64,000 bases of DNA from Candidatus Levybacteria bacterium RIFCSPLOWO2_02_FULL_37_18 (GCA_001784115.1 MFPD01000019.1:30244-94243); one strand, 5' to 3'; positions 29,314 to 38,780 are shown, numbered from the stretch's first letter. Numbers and translations are program-made. The notes: generated from the sequence alone by a model not told the origin.

Positions 29314-30639
29314 TTAACGGCTTACAAGTAAAAAACTCGTCACATTATGTTCCAAATCCTGTAAATCAGAGTCAATGATTTCAAAATCATACATATCGCT
29401 TAACGTCCGAGGACCTAAAATTGCCGTAGTTTTTGACAGTTTACCTTCTGCTAAAAACTGTGCAGCCCTTGCGGTATCAATTAAATCTCCACTTCCGCTT
29501 TCTTGTTTTAGATTGGGATATTTTTGGGCTAAAGAACCTCTGCATTGTTTTAAATTCTGAGAATGAGCATGGATTGAAGTAATATCGCTTAGTAAAACAT
29601 CTTTTCGTTTCATTAAAAAATGTCTTATTACAATTTCCTGTTCTTCTATTATTTTAAATGTATACTTTGCCATGGCAATAACTGATTCAGTAACAATTCC
29701 TCCAACAGCATTGTGTGTTGCAAATAATCCAAAATCAATTGTCCCTTCGTGAAGATTTCTTAATACCTTTTCTGAAGTATACAAGAATTTTATCTTGTAT
29801 TTTTTAATAGCATGTTTTTGAATATAACGTTGTATTGCTTCATCGTTAAAACTCCCTTTTCCGCCCTGAATACCAAACGTGACAAATTTCGGATGCGCTT
29901 GTTTTGGCAATAGTCTGTTATACAATTTGTCGTAAGCTTGCCCTAGTTTTAATCGCATCTGTTTGGTAAAAGGATTATATTGCTGCAAATCAGAGAATAA
30001 CTGCCATGTGTCATTACACGTCTGATCCTTTACTTCATACAGTTTTTTTGCGCCCAGCGAATCAATTAAAGTCGGAGAAAAATTAACCTCCTCAAGAAGT
30101 CTTCCTATAAAATGAGTAAGACCTTGCGAGTTCGCTGCAATTCTATCATGCTCTAAAGCTGACATTTCTATAACATTTAGTTTTTTGCTCTCAAAATATT
30201 TCTTCCAAAAAGAGTATGTATCCGCTGAAGTCATGAACCTGTCAAGAATCATGGGTAGACCTTCAAATCCATTTTTTGCACTATCTGGTCCAAACATTGG
30301 ATGAGCAAGAAGTACCTGAGTTTTTGTATTTTTTAGATATTTATTGAGCACAAATAAAGGAAACATTTTTACAGACAAAACATCTATTAAAACATGATTG
30401 TGTTTAAAATATTTTTTGTGTGTCTTAATTACACTTTCGAAAGAAGAAATTGGCACACAGTAAAAAATTATTTCGCTTTCATAAATTTTGGAAATTGTTT
30501 TGGCAATTGTAATATTTCTATCGACCGAACTTAAATCTAGTGAACTTCTATTATAGATAGTAATAGAAAAATCATCTTTTAGGAGTCTATATAACGTTTT
30601 TCCAAATCTTCCAAATCCTATAATACTGACCTTCTTCAT
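29314..30639 (-). CDS. Fused prephenate dehydrogenase (TyrA) - prephenate dehydratase (PDT) protein
   Basis: 441 aa. The N-terminal half has a GFGRFG Rossmann motif and HPMFGP, typical of prephenate/arogenate dehydrogenase. The C-terminal half has GGKGSFNDEA ... NVTSFLLVSR, typical of the PDT domain. Confidence 0.65.
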   Translation of the reverse strand: MKKVSIIGFGRFGKTLYRLLKDDFSITIYNRSSLDLSSVDRNITIAKTISKIYESEIIFYCVPISSFESVIKTHKKYFKHNHVLIDVLSVKMFPLFVLNKYLKNTKTQVLLAHPMFGPDSAKNGFEGLPMILDRFMTSADTYSFWKKYFESKKLNVIEMSALEHDRIAANSQGLTHFIGRLLEEVNFSPTLIDSLGAKKLYEVKDQTCNDTWQLFSDLQQYNPFTKQMRLKLGQAYDKLYNRLLPKQAHPKFVTFGIQGGKGSFNDEAIQRYIQKHAIKKYKIKFLYTSEKVLRNLHEGTIDFGLFATHNAVGGIVTESVIAMAKYTFKIIEEQEIVIRHFLMKRKDVLLSDITSIHAHSQNLKQCRGSLAQKYPNLKQESGSGDLIDTARAAQFLAEGKLSKTTAILGPRTLSDMYDFEIIDSDLQDLEHNVTSFLLVSR

Positions 30640-30650
30640 ACATCTATAAT

Positions 30651-30730
30651 GTCATTGCGAGGAGACACGTCTGACGTGTTCGACGTGGCAATCCCCTGAA
30701 TAGAGATTGCTTCGCTTCGCTCGCAATGAC
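30651..30730. repeat. Palindromic intergenic element, copy D
   Basis: GTCATTGCGAGGagacacgtctgacgtgtt ... GCAATC ... GAGATTGCttcgcttcgcTCGCAATGAC. It exactly fills the tyrA / chorismate mutase spacer. Confidence 0.7.
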
Positions 30731-30733
30731 AAT

Positions 30734-31003
30734 TTAACTCTTCCTTTCAATATCTAAAGACAAATTATGAATAACACCAAACAGTTTTTTAACAAATTCT
30801 GAAGGAAGATTCACTAATGTTCCTCTTAGTATTCGAGACGAAATAATCTCCTCCCATCTTTTTATATCTAAAGGATTTTCTCCCGATAATTTTTTTAGTC
30901 TGCCGATTTTTTTAACTGCCTCAAATCTTCTTGCCAAAATCTTAATGAGTTCCTCATCGATTTCATCTATTTCTTTTCGTATATCTTCTAAATCTTCATT
31001 CAT
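30734..31003 (-). CDS. Chorismate mutase (AroQ class)
   Basis: 89-aa all-helical protein (IRKEIDEIDEELIKILARRFE). Confidence 0.7.
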   Translation of the reverse strand: MNEDLEDIRKEIDEIDEELIKILARRFEAVKKIGRLKKLSGENPLDIKRWEEIISSRILRGTLVNLPSEFVKKLFGVIHNLSLDIERKS

Positions 31004-31011
31004 ACAGAGTC

Positions 31012-31074
31012 GTCATTGCGAGGAACTTGTGACGAAGCAATCTCACCAAGAGATTCCTTCGCTATCGCTCGCAG
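31012..31074. repeat. Palindromic intergenic element, copy E
   Basis: GTCATTGCGAGGaacttgtgacgaaGCAATCTCaccaaGAGATTccttcgctatcgCTCGCAG. It is flush between the aroC stop and the chorismate mutase start. Confidence 0.7.
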
Positions 31075-32187
31075 TTACAGGTAATCATAATTTTGGGCTT
31101 TGTGGCGTAAAAAATGATCCATAATTACCAATGCTGCCATTGCGTCAACAATCGGGACAGCCCGTGGCAAAACACAGGGATCATGTCTACCTGCTGCTTC
31201 AAGTTTTACTTCCTTTTTGTCTTTAGAAACAGTCAACTGCTCTTTTTTAATAGTTGAAACCGGCTTAAAAGCAACCCGAAAGTAAATTGTTTCTCCATTA
31301 GAAATCCCGCCCAAAACTCCTCCTGCATTATTGGTTTTTGTTCGTATCATAGAGTTTTCAAGATGGAATGGATCATTATGATTACTTCCTCGAAGCTTTG
31401 TCCCTTCAAAGCCTAAACCGATATCAAATCCTTTTACAGCGTTTATGGAAAGCATAGCTTTTCCTAAATCCGCATTAAGCTTATCAAACACGGGCTCACC
31501 TAAACCTACGGGTACATTTTTAATAACTCCCCTTACTACTCCGCCAATAGAATCTCCTTCTGATTTGACCTCCTCAATGAGCTTAATCATTTCCTCTGCA
31601 ACTTTGTGGTCAGGACACCTGACAATGTTTGATTCGATTTCTTCCATCGTAACCAAATTAAAATAAATATCAGTCTTAATCTGCCCAACTTGTTCCACAA
31701 AACTAAAAATTTCTACCCCAAGTTTTTCTTTTAAATATTTTTTTGCAATAGCCCCAGCAGCAACTCTGGCTAACGTTTCCCGTGCGGAAGCCCTACCGGA
31801 ACCATGCCAATCTCTAAAACCGTACTTTTTGGTATAGGTAAAATCTGCATGCCCAGGTCTAAATACATCTTTGATTTCCTGATACTCTTCAGGCCGAACG
31901 TCTTTGTTATAAGCCAAAAGTAAAATTGGCGTGCCAGTTGTTTTACCCTCAAAAACTCCTGACATTATTTTTATTTCATCTTCTTCTTTTCGGGGAGTTG
32001 TAATAGAAGATTGTCCCGGTTTTCTTCTGTCTAACTCTTTTTGAATTTCTTCTTCAGAAATTTTAATTCCAGGAGGGCAGCCGTCAACCACGCAACCAAC
32101 CACCCCGCCGTGGGATTCGCCAAACGTTGTAATCCTAAATAAATGTCCAAATGTATTTCCGGCCATAAGATTTCTCTTTTCTGTCAT
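31075..32187 (-). CDS. aroC: Chorismate synthase AroC
   Basis: 370 aa. The canonical N-terminus [21 protein letters not shown] suggests the true start is ~32166. The track start at 32187 lies inside palindromic element copy F. Confidence 0.9.
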   Translation of the reverse strand: MTEKRNLMAGNTFGHLFRITTFGESHGGVVGCVVDGCPPGIKISEEEIQKELDRRKPGQSSITTPRKEEDEIKIMSGVFEGKTTGTPILLLAYNKDVRPEEYQEIKDVFRPGHADFTYTKKYGFRDWHGSGRASARETLARVAAGAIAKKYLKEKLGVEIFSFVEQVGQIKTDIYFNLVTMEEIESNIVRCPDHKVAEEMIKLIEEVKSEGDSIGGVVRGVIKNVPVGLGEPVFDKLNADLGKAMLSINAVKGFDIGLGFEGTKLRGSNHNDPFHLENSMIRTKTNNAGGVLGGISNGETIYFRVAFKPVSTIKKEQLTVSKDKKEVKLEAAGRHDPCVLPRAVPIVDAMAALVIMDHFLRHKAQNYDYL

Positions 32188-32236
32188 CCCGGGCTTGACC
32201 CGGGATCAATAGATTCTGAATCAAGTTCAGAATGAC
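32183..32236. repeat. Palindromic intergenic element, copy F (GTCATCCCGGGcttgaCCCGGGATcaatagATTCTGAAtcaagTTCAGAATGAC)
   Basis: Lies between the aroD stop and the probable aroC start. Confidence 0.7.
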
Positions 32237-32237
32237 A

Positions 32238-32909
32238 TTATAATAACTCAAATATTTTCTCCAATTGTTTTTTTGTGAGCTGACCTTCTGCCGACTCTTC
32301 TGATTTTGTAATCGGCGCAAAAATCATTTCATTACCCCATATCGAACCGAAAATTCTCGTTACCATTCCAAAATTTCCCATTCCCAAAATAATGCACTTT
32401 ACATGTTTTTCTTTCATTGCCAAAAGCAACTCCAAAAGTCTTAATGCATCTTTTTGACTATTACACTTTGTTGCGATTTTAAAAATCGCAGGGGTGTATT
32501 GCTTCATTGTATCAAGAATTGCATAAAGCTTCTCATCTTCCGGAGTTTGGTCATAGTTATGATAAGAAATAATAGTTTTAATTTTAAGATCATTAGCTCT
32601 AATATACTCAAGCTCTTCTTTCTGATTAAATATATCTAAATCGAGTAGTGCTAAACTGTTGTTTAACAGAGAAATAATCTCTTGTCTTTTTTTTGAATTT
32701 AATTGAACTGCTTCCAGATTTTTTCTCCGGAAAACTAAAATAAGTTTTTCTCCCATTTGATCCGCTAGTTGTTTTACAAGCTCAACGTCAAGGTCTTTTA
32801 TATAATCCAACCACAGTTCAAAATAAGAATAATCTTGATTATTTTTAATAATCGCCACAATCTTCTCTTTTTTGTTTTTTACAATTGGCAGACAATAACG
32901 TATGTTCAT
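32238..32909 (-). CDS. aroD: 3-dehydroquinate dehydratase type I AroD
   Basis: 223-aa TIM-barrel-type sequence containing ISYHNY. Confidence 0.7.
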   Translation of the reverse strand: MNIRYCLPIVKNKKEKIVAIIKNNQDYSYFELWLDYIKDLDVELVKQLADQMGEKLILVFRRKNLEAVQLNSKKRQEIISLLNNSLALLDLDIFNQKEELEYIRANDLKIKTIISYHNYDQTPEDEKLYAILDTMKQYTPAIFKIATKCNSQKDALRLLELLLAMKEKHVKCIILGMGNFGMVTRIFGSIWGNEMIFAPITKSEESAEGQLTKKQLEKIFELL

Positions 32910-33721
32910 ACGTTTTTAAGAATAGCTTTTCTCATTGCTTCAACTGGCGCGTCAAAGCCTGTATATAATCTAAACTGTTGAGCACCCTGGTATAAAAGCA
33001 TTTCATATCCTAAGATTACTTGTGCGCCTTTTTCTTTGGCGTCTTTGATTAATCTTGTTTCTTTTGGGGTGTAAATAATATCAAACACAATGTGATCCTT
33101 ATTTAAGAACTTTTTATCAATTGGACTTTTATCTTCGTTCATACCAACAGAAGTAGCATTAATGAGTATATCCATATCTAAAACTTGTTCTAAAGAATCT
33201 AAGCCGCAGGCTCCACATGCAAATTCTTCAGCTAATGTATTTGCGTTTTTTAAAGATCTATTAAATAGAGTAATTATCGAACCTTTTTTCTTTAATCCAT
33301 AAATAATTGCCCGTGCAGCACCGCCTGCGCCCAAGAGTCCAACTCGTTTATTTTTTAGCTCTGTTTTTTTTTCTAGCGGAATCAGAGCACCTAACCAATC
33401 TGTGTTATATCCTTTTAATGCTCCGTTATCGTTTACAACAGTATTTACAGCGCCTATTTTCCTTGCAGTTTCATCAACCGTATCCATATATTTCATAATT
33501 TCAATTTTATGAGGAAGTGTTGCGCTTACTCCGGCTATCCCCATTGCTCTAACTCCCTTTATAAAATCGCTCATGTCTCTTATTTTTACATCGCAAGCAA
33601 CAAACACAAGCTCACTATCAATTCCCAAAGTTTTCAGTCCCGCATTGTGCATCTGAGGAGACAGCGAATGACCTATGGGATCACCAATTACCATACATAT
33701 TTTTGTTTTTGCAGTAATCAT
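32906..33721 (-). CDS. aroE: Shikimate dehydrogenase AroE
   Basis: 271 aa with a GLLGAGGAARA NADP-binding motif and an N-terminal substrate-binding domain. Confidence 0.85.
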   Translation of the reverse strand: MITAKTKICMVIGDPIGHSLSPQMHNAGLKTLGIDSELVFVACDVKIRDMSDFIKGVRAMGIAGVSATLPHKIEIMKYMDTVDETARKIGAVNTVVNDNGALKGYNTDWLGALIPLEKKTELKNKRVGLLGAGGAARAIIYGLKKKGSIITLFNRSLKNANTLAEEFACGACGLDSLEQVLDMDILINATSVGMNEDKSPIDKKFLNKDHIVFDIIYTPKETRLIKDAKEKGAQVILGYEMLLYQGAQQFRLYTGFDAPVEAMRKAILKNV

Positions 33722-35607
33722 AGTTTTAACAAAATCTCTTCAACAACTTCCTTAGGGCTTAATGTATCTGTTGCTATTATTTCATCTGCTGCCTGTCCAT
33801 ACAAGGTTTTTCGCTGTTTAAGAACCTCTCTTATTTCTTCTTTTCTGTTTTTTTTATTGGTTAAAAAGGGCCTATTTTTGGTATTGCCGGTTCTTTTTAC
33901 TAATGTTTCAACAGAAGCATCAAGCAAAACTAATGTGCCGCTTTTTTTAAGTGTGCTTACACTTTCTGTGTTAATAACAACTCCACCGCCCGTTGAAATA
34001 ATTGTATCAGAATATACGGCAACTTCTTTAACAACATCTGATTCTACTTTTCTAAAATAAGCCCATCCGTATTTTTCAACTATTAGAGCTATTGGCATAC
34101 CGACTTTTTTTGCCAACATCTCATCGAGTTCTATATGATTTTTTTGTAGTTTTTCCGCTAGCAGCTTTGCCACAGTTGTTTTACCGCTTCCCCGCATACC
34201 GATTAAAACAATATTTCTCCTCTTGTCGTTGCGATCCCGCTCAGCGGGAAAAGCAATCTCTGCGAGCTTCATCCAAAAATCAGGAAATGTTTTATTAACT
34301 ACCAAAGGGTTTTGTATTTCCATTCCCGAAAGCCTTGCACCGGCAACGGCAAAAGCCATTGCCATTCTATGATCTCCGTATGTTTCAATAGAAGCAGACT
34401 TTGGATTTCCTCCGTAAATTGTTAGAGTTGAATTGCTAGAGTCAGTTTTAATTCCCATTTTTTTTAATTCGTTTTTAATTGCCAAAAGCCGGTCTGTTTC
34501 TTTGATTTTAAGACTTTTAACACCGTGTATAATTGTAGTTCCATTTGCAAATGCGGCCAAAACCGAAAGGGTCATAACTTGATCCGGACAATTTTCCATA
34601 TTAACGTTTATAGGTCTTATTTTCCCCGAGCCTTTAACTGTCACTGCATTTTTTTTATACAATATTTTATTTCCCATTTTCTCTAAAATCTGCAAAAACT
34701 CTCTGTCAGCTTGCAAAGAATATGGATTAAGATTTTGGATTGTGATTGTTGAACCGGTCAAAGCAGCAATTGCAAAAAAATAAGAAGCGCTGGAAAAATC
34801 TCCTTCAACAGAATATTCTTTCCCGTTATATTTTTGTTTAAACATTTTATAACTTTTGTAGTTATTGTTAATTACGTTTGCTCCAAACTGTTTCATGGTA
34901 TCAATAGTCATATCAATATACTGCTTTGAAATTTGATCCCCCAAAACTTCAATCTCAACACTCCCTACTTTCGGAGCAATCATAAGCAAACTTGAAATAA
35001 ATTGACTACTAACTGATCCTTTTATTTTTACTGTTCCTTCGTTTAGTTTTGAACTTAAAATTTTAACCGGCGGATATCCTTTTTTACCAAGATATTCTAT
35101 TTTTGCACCCATTTGAATTAGGGCATCAACCAAATCTCCAATTGGACGATTGTTAAGTCCTTCTTCTCCAGATACTGTTTTAACTCCGGGAATAATGCAT
35201 GCAAGGGCTAAGATAAACCTCATGGTTGTTCCCGAAAGTCTAGCACTCAAAGAGTACGATTGATTATTCGCCTTGTTGTCATCCCGAACTCGCTTCAGCC
35301 GCGTTTGACGCGGTTTCGGCATCTCTTGTTTCAGCATTTTAGATCCTGAAATACCTTGCCTGCCGGCAGGCAGGAATTCAGGATAACCGGGAAAGATCTC
35401 TATGTAGTTATTTCCTACATGAACATTTACTCCCAGCGCTCTCAAACATCTTATCATCGCCTCCGTGTCTTCACTTACCAAAGGATTGATAATCGTAACC
35501 TTCTTTTCCGTCAAAGCAGCCAAAAATAAAGCTCTATTGGTGTAGCTTTTTGAGCCCGGTATGTCTATGGTTTTTGCAACTGGTTGTTGTAATGGAATAA
35601 TTTTCAT
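33718..35607 (-). CDS. aroA: Bifunctional EPSP synthase (AroA) - shikimate kinase (AroK) fusion; the AroA N-domain carries a ~45-aa palindromic-element-derived insertion
   Basis: 629 aa. The AroA core (IPGSKSYTNRALFLAAL ...) is followed by a C-terminal shikimate kinase P-loop (GMRGSGKTTVAKLLAEKL). The insertion FLPAGRQGISGSKMLKQEMPKPRQTRLKRVRDDNKANNQSYS is encoded by repeat copy G. Confidence 0.85.
   Translation of the reverse strand: MKIIPLQQPVAKTIDIPGSKSYTNRALFLAALTEKKVTIINPLVSEDTEAMIRCLRALGVNVHVGNNYIEIFPGYPEFLPAGRQGISGSKMLKQEMPKPRQTRLKRVRDDNKANNQSYSLSARLSGTTMRFILALACIIPGVKTVSGEEGLNNRPIGDLVDALIQMGAKIEYLGKKGYPPVKILSSKLNEGTVKIKGSVSSQFISSLLMIAPKVGSVEIEVLGDQISKQYIDMTIDTMKQFGANVINNNYKSYKMFKQKYNGKEYSVEGDFSSASYFFAIAALTGSTITIQNLNPYSLQADREFLQILEKMGNKILYKKNAVTVKGSGKIRPINVNMENCPDQVMTLSVLAAFANGTTIIHGVKSLKIKETDRLLAIKNELKKMGIKTDSSNSTLTIYGGNPKSASIETYGDHRMAMAFAVAGARLSGMEIQNPLVVNKTFPDFWMKLAEIAFPAERDRNDKRRNIVLIGMRGSGKTTVAKLLAEKLQKNHIELDEMLAKKVGMPIALIVEKYGWAYFRKVESDVVKEVAVYSDTIISTGGGVVINTESVSTLKKSGTLVLLDASVETLVKRTGNTKNRPFLTNKKNRKEEIREVLKQRKTLYGQAADEIIATDTLSPKEVVEEILLKL
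35278..35375. repeat. Palindromic element, copy G, inside the aroA coding sequence and in frame
   Basis: GTCATCCCGAACtcgcTTCAGcCGCGTTTGACGCGg ... cttGCCTGCCGGCAGGCagg. It shares the CGCGTYTGACGCG and CCTGCCGGCAGG modules with other copies. Confidence 0.65.
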
Positions 35608-35613
35608 ATTGTT

Positions 35614-36690
35614 TCAGGAAGCAACAAATTCCAAAGCTTTTTTTATGTTTTGATCAGATACTTCCTGCCCGGTCTGACACGTTCCAATACCAGAAAGAAG
35701 GGTAAAATACACAATTCCTCTTTCACTTTTTTTATCCGATTTAATTTTTTCCATTACTTTTTTATGATCAATATTCTGTGCTTTTGTCGGCAATCCTGCA
35801 TGCTCTAAAGCCTTTGTTATAGTTTCTAAATCCTCCTGTTTTAATATATTTTTCAGAACTGAAATCTTTCCTTCTGCAATCATACCAATACTTACAGCTT
35901 CCCCATGAAGCAACGGACTTCCTGACTCTAAACTCAAACTTTCCAAAGCATGACCAATGGTATGGCCAAAGTTAACGAGCCTTCGCCTATCTTTTTCTGT
36001 TACATCTTCTTCAACAATACATTTTTTTATTTCGATTGAACCACTAACGACTTTACTTAATTCTTTTTGACTAAACTCCTTTGGTTTTTTTGAAGTTACA
36101 AAATTAAAATAACTCCTATCTGCAATTGCACCGTGTTTGATAACCTCACCAAATCCTTCCGTAAGTATTCGGTCGGAAAGGGATTCTAGAACAGAAACAT
36201 CACACATAACCCCAATTGGCTGTCTAAAAACACCAATAAGATTTTTAACTCCCAAAAAATTAATTCCTGTTTTTCCGCCTATTGATGAGTCAACTTGAGC
36301 AAGCAAAGTAGTTGGAATTTGTAAGAAATCCAGTCCCCTCATGAATGTACTGGCCGCAAATCCACCCATATCTCCAATTACCCCTCCGCCAATATTAATA
36401 ACCAAAGATTTTCTGTCGCAACCAATTTCGAGCAACTGCCTCCATATTTCCAAAATGCACGTAATACTCTTTGCCCTTTCACCGCAAGGGATAATAATTG
36501 TTGAGATGTTTTGGGGAAAATACGGCACGATCTTTTTAAGAAATAAATTCTCAATGTGCGTATCTGTAATTACCACAATTTTAGAATAGGAATACAAATC
36601 AAACTTAGTAATTGCATCAAGAATTCCGCTTCCAACAAAAATTGGATATGATTTCTTATCTGATGCAATATTTATTTGTATCTTTCTCAT
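35614..36690 (-). CDS. aroB: 3-dehydroquinate synthase AroB
   Basis: 358 aa with a GGGVIGDMGGFAAS NAD-binding motif. Confidence 0.85.
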   Translation of the reverse strand: MRKIQINIASDKKSYPIFVGSGILDAITKFDLYSYSKIVVITDTHIENLFLKKIVPYFPQNISTIIIPCGERAKSITCILEIWRQLLEIGCDRKSLVINIGGGVIGDMGGFAASTFMRGLDFLQIPTTLLAQVDSSIGGKTGINFLGVKNLIGVFRQPIGVMCDVSVLESLSDRILTEGFGEVIKHGAIADRSYFNFVTSKKPKEFSQKELSKVVSGSIEIKKCIVEEDVTEKDRRRLVNFGHTIGHALESLSLESGSPLLHGEAVSIGMIAEGKISVLKNILKQEDLETITKALEHAGLPTKAQNIDHKKVMEKIKSDKKSERGIVYFTLLSGIGTCQTGQEVSDQNIKKALEFVAS

Positions 36691-37520
36691 GTTTTAAAAG
36701 GCAAATGCATTGTAGCTCCCCCAAAACCATGAACCAGTTTTGCCCGTTTTACTCTTTTTTTATACAGGCTTTTTAAAAGTCTTCTAAATTGCGACCAGGC
36801 AAGTTGTTGGATCGCGTCAGATAGAGCTTTTTTTGGATTTGGATGGACTTCGACTAGAAACCCATCAAACTCATGCTCATTTGCTTCATGTGTAATTTTT
36901 ATGACTTTTTCGATACTTCCACCTGTGTGGGAAGGGTCAAAAATCATGGCAAGTCCGGTTTTTTCCTTCATTCGCATTGCCATATTATAGTCCGGAACAT
37001 TTCTGTATCCTTGCGGATTATCACCAATTGGCGCAAATCCTCTGTGACAGAGAATAAGATGTGACTTTTTTATTCCACCGGATAAACAGTGTTCTACGAT
37101 TCCTTCCCAATGCTTTTCATTGTGCCATATCTGGTTTTTTACCATAAGAACAGTGCGCGGATTTCTTGCTGCAATCCTGGAAACTTCCCTTTGAATGTAG
37201 TGGTTTTGGTTTCTGGCTCCTATCCAAAGCATACATTTTCCGTTTTTTGTAGCAGTCATCACTGCGTCCATGGCTAGTTTTGCATGCTCAGGAATCATAG
37301 GCTCAACTGCTGGATTCACACCCATCTTGGCTGCCTCAACTAAAAGCTTTATTCCTTCTTCTCCAATTCCCTCAAATCCTGGCTTTGTCCGTGGTTTCCA
37401 TAGGCTGAGCCGAACGTACTCTACTCCAATTTTTTTTGCCTGTTTAACGGTTTCTAAAACCTGATCGCGCGACTCAACTGCGCATGGGCCTACGATGAGC
37501 ATTTTTTTAGGTATCTTCAT
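36687..37520 (-). CDS. 3-deoxy-D-arabino-heptulosonate 7-phosphate synthase (DAHP synthase, class I-beta, KDO8PS-like)
   Basis: 277 aa beginning LIVGPCAVESRDQ, a motif I associate with class I-beta DAHP synthases and KDO8P synthases. Confidence 0.75.
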   Translation of the reverse strand: MKIPKKMLIVGPCAVESRDQVLETVKQAKKIGVEYVRLSLWKPRTKPGFEGIGEEGIKLLVEAAKMGVNPAVEPMIPEHAKLAMDAVMTATKNGKCMLWIGARNQNHYIQREVSRIAARNPRTVLMVKNQIWHNEKHWEGIVEHCLSGGIKKSHLILCHRGFAPIGDNPQGYRNVPDYNMAMRMKEKTGLAMIFDPSHTGGSIEKVIKITHEANEHEFDGFLVEVHPNPKKALSDAIQQLAWSQFRRLLKSLYKKRVKRAKLVHGFGGATMHLPFKT

Positions 37521-37525
37521 ATGTA

Positions 37526-37556
37526 TAAAAAAACAAAAACTCCCTTCAGGGAGCTA
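37526..37556 (-). terminator. Intrinsic-terminator-like hairpin plus U-tract abutting the DAHP synthase start codon (candidate attenuator)
   Basis: Minus strand reads AGCTCCCTGAAGGGAGTTTTTGTTTTTTT and ends ~6 nt before the ATG. A second small hairpin, CTCCGAAGGGAG, lies ~50 nt upstream. Confidence 0.45.
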
Positions 37557-37738
37557 GCTTGGTCTATTCGTAATTGGTTTTACGACGTCAACAAGCCCTC
37601 CCTTCGGAGTTTATAAAATAAAACCAAAAATAAGCTTCGCGACTTATAATCACACTATAGGTATAGTATACAAAACTCTTTACTCTAAAGTCAAATTAGT
37701 ATTTTCATAAATAACTGTTCACAGTTCTAATACAGACT

Positions 37739-37833
37739 GTCATGCTGGAGTGTAAACGATAGCATCTAATTTTGGGAGGTGGTTCTTCGACCTGCCTGCC
37801 GGCAGGCAGGTCGGCCTTAAGCCTCAAGAATGA
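37739..37833. repeat. Palindromic element, copy M, in the aro-operon leader; includes a perfect 26-bp palindrome CGACCTGCCTGCCGGCAGGCAGGTCG (37788-37813)
   Basis: The ends GTCATGCTGGAG ... CTCAAGAATGAC form imperfect inverted repeats. The GC-rich palindrome is shared with copy G. Confidence 0.6.
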
Positions 37834-37917
37834 CAAGTTTATGTCAAAGGAGTAAACAGTTACCTTTATCTTTGACACCCTTGGGGTGGAAACGAAGCTG
37901 CACCCGCGGATTTTATG

Positions 37918-38709
37918 TTATTTTGAATCTAAATTCTTCATAAATTGTACAACGTTTTTTGAGATTTCAGATGGTTTTGAGAAGTTGATAATGTTAATAA
38001 TTGCGCTGCCTATTACAGCGATATCTGCATGTTTTTTAAGCGCTTTAACATGTTCTTTTTTGGAGATTCCAAAACCCACTGCAAGTGGAATAGAAAAATG
38101 TGAACGTACTTTTTTGAGGTATGAACTTAATTCTGGGTTCAATTCTTCTTTCACTCCTGTTATTCCCTGTCTGGCTGTACAATACACAAATCCTTTGGCG
38201 ATTTTTGCATTTTTTCGCAAACGTTGCTCTGTGGAAGCCGGAGAAATCACTTGAATGTTGTATAGATTAAACGTTTTACTATAAGCATAGAACTTTTCAT
38301 TTCCCTCTTCATCAATTGACATATCCGGAACAATAAGTCCAGAAATTCCTGCAGCTTTTGAATCTTTTATAAACTGTTTAATTCCGTACTTAAACACAGT
38401 ATTATAATACGCCATAAATAAAAGCGAAATAGAAACTTGAGAACTTAAATCTTTGGCAATCTTGAAGCAGTCTCTAACTTTTGTTCCATTATTCAAAGAT
38501 TTCTCGCATGCTTTCATAATTGTTGGCCCATCAGCCAAAGGATCGGAAAAAGGAATTTGAAGCTCGACAAAATCAGCTCCGCATTCTGCCATGGTTTTTA
38601 CTATTTGGACAGTTTTTTCAAGCGTCGGATATCCAACCACAACATGAGTCATGATTCCTAGCTTCTTATTTTTCTTGATTTCTGACAGTTTTTGATCAAT
38701 AGAGTTCAT
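37918..38709 (-). CDS. trpA: Tryptophan synthase alpha subunit TrpA
   Basis: 263 aa with ELQIPFSDPLADGPTI. Confidence 0.9.
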   Translation of the reverse strand: MNSIDQKLSEIKKNKKLGIMTHVVVGYPTLEKTVQIVKTMAECGADFVELQIPFSDPLADGPTIMKACEKSLNNGTKVRDCFKIAKDLSSQVSISLLFMAYYNTVFKYGIKQFIKDSKAAGISGLIVPDMSIDEEGNEKFYAYSKTFNLYNIQVISPASTEQRLRKNAKIAKGFVYCTARQGITGVKEELNPELSSYLKKVRSHFSIPLAVGFGISKKEHVKALKKHADIAVIGSAIINIINFSKPSEISKNVVQFMKNLDSK

Positions 38710-38780
38710 ATTTTATTGAATCATGTTGTATTGCTGCATTGCTAAATTGTTAACAATGAAGCAATCGAACAATTTAACAA

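Noticed and set aside
37881-37907. Plus-strand GGGGTGGaaacgaagctgcACCCGCGG resembling a T-box core
   Set aside because: The two halves are separated by 12 nt, whereas the T-box core is contiguous. It is also on the plus strand, where no gene follows. It is treated as part of the structured aro leader instead.
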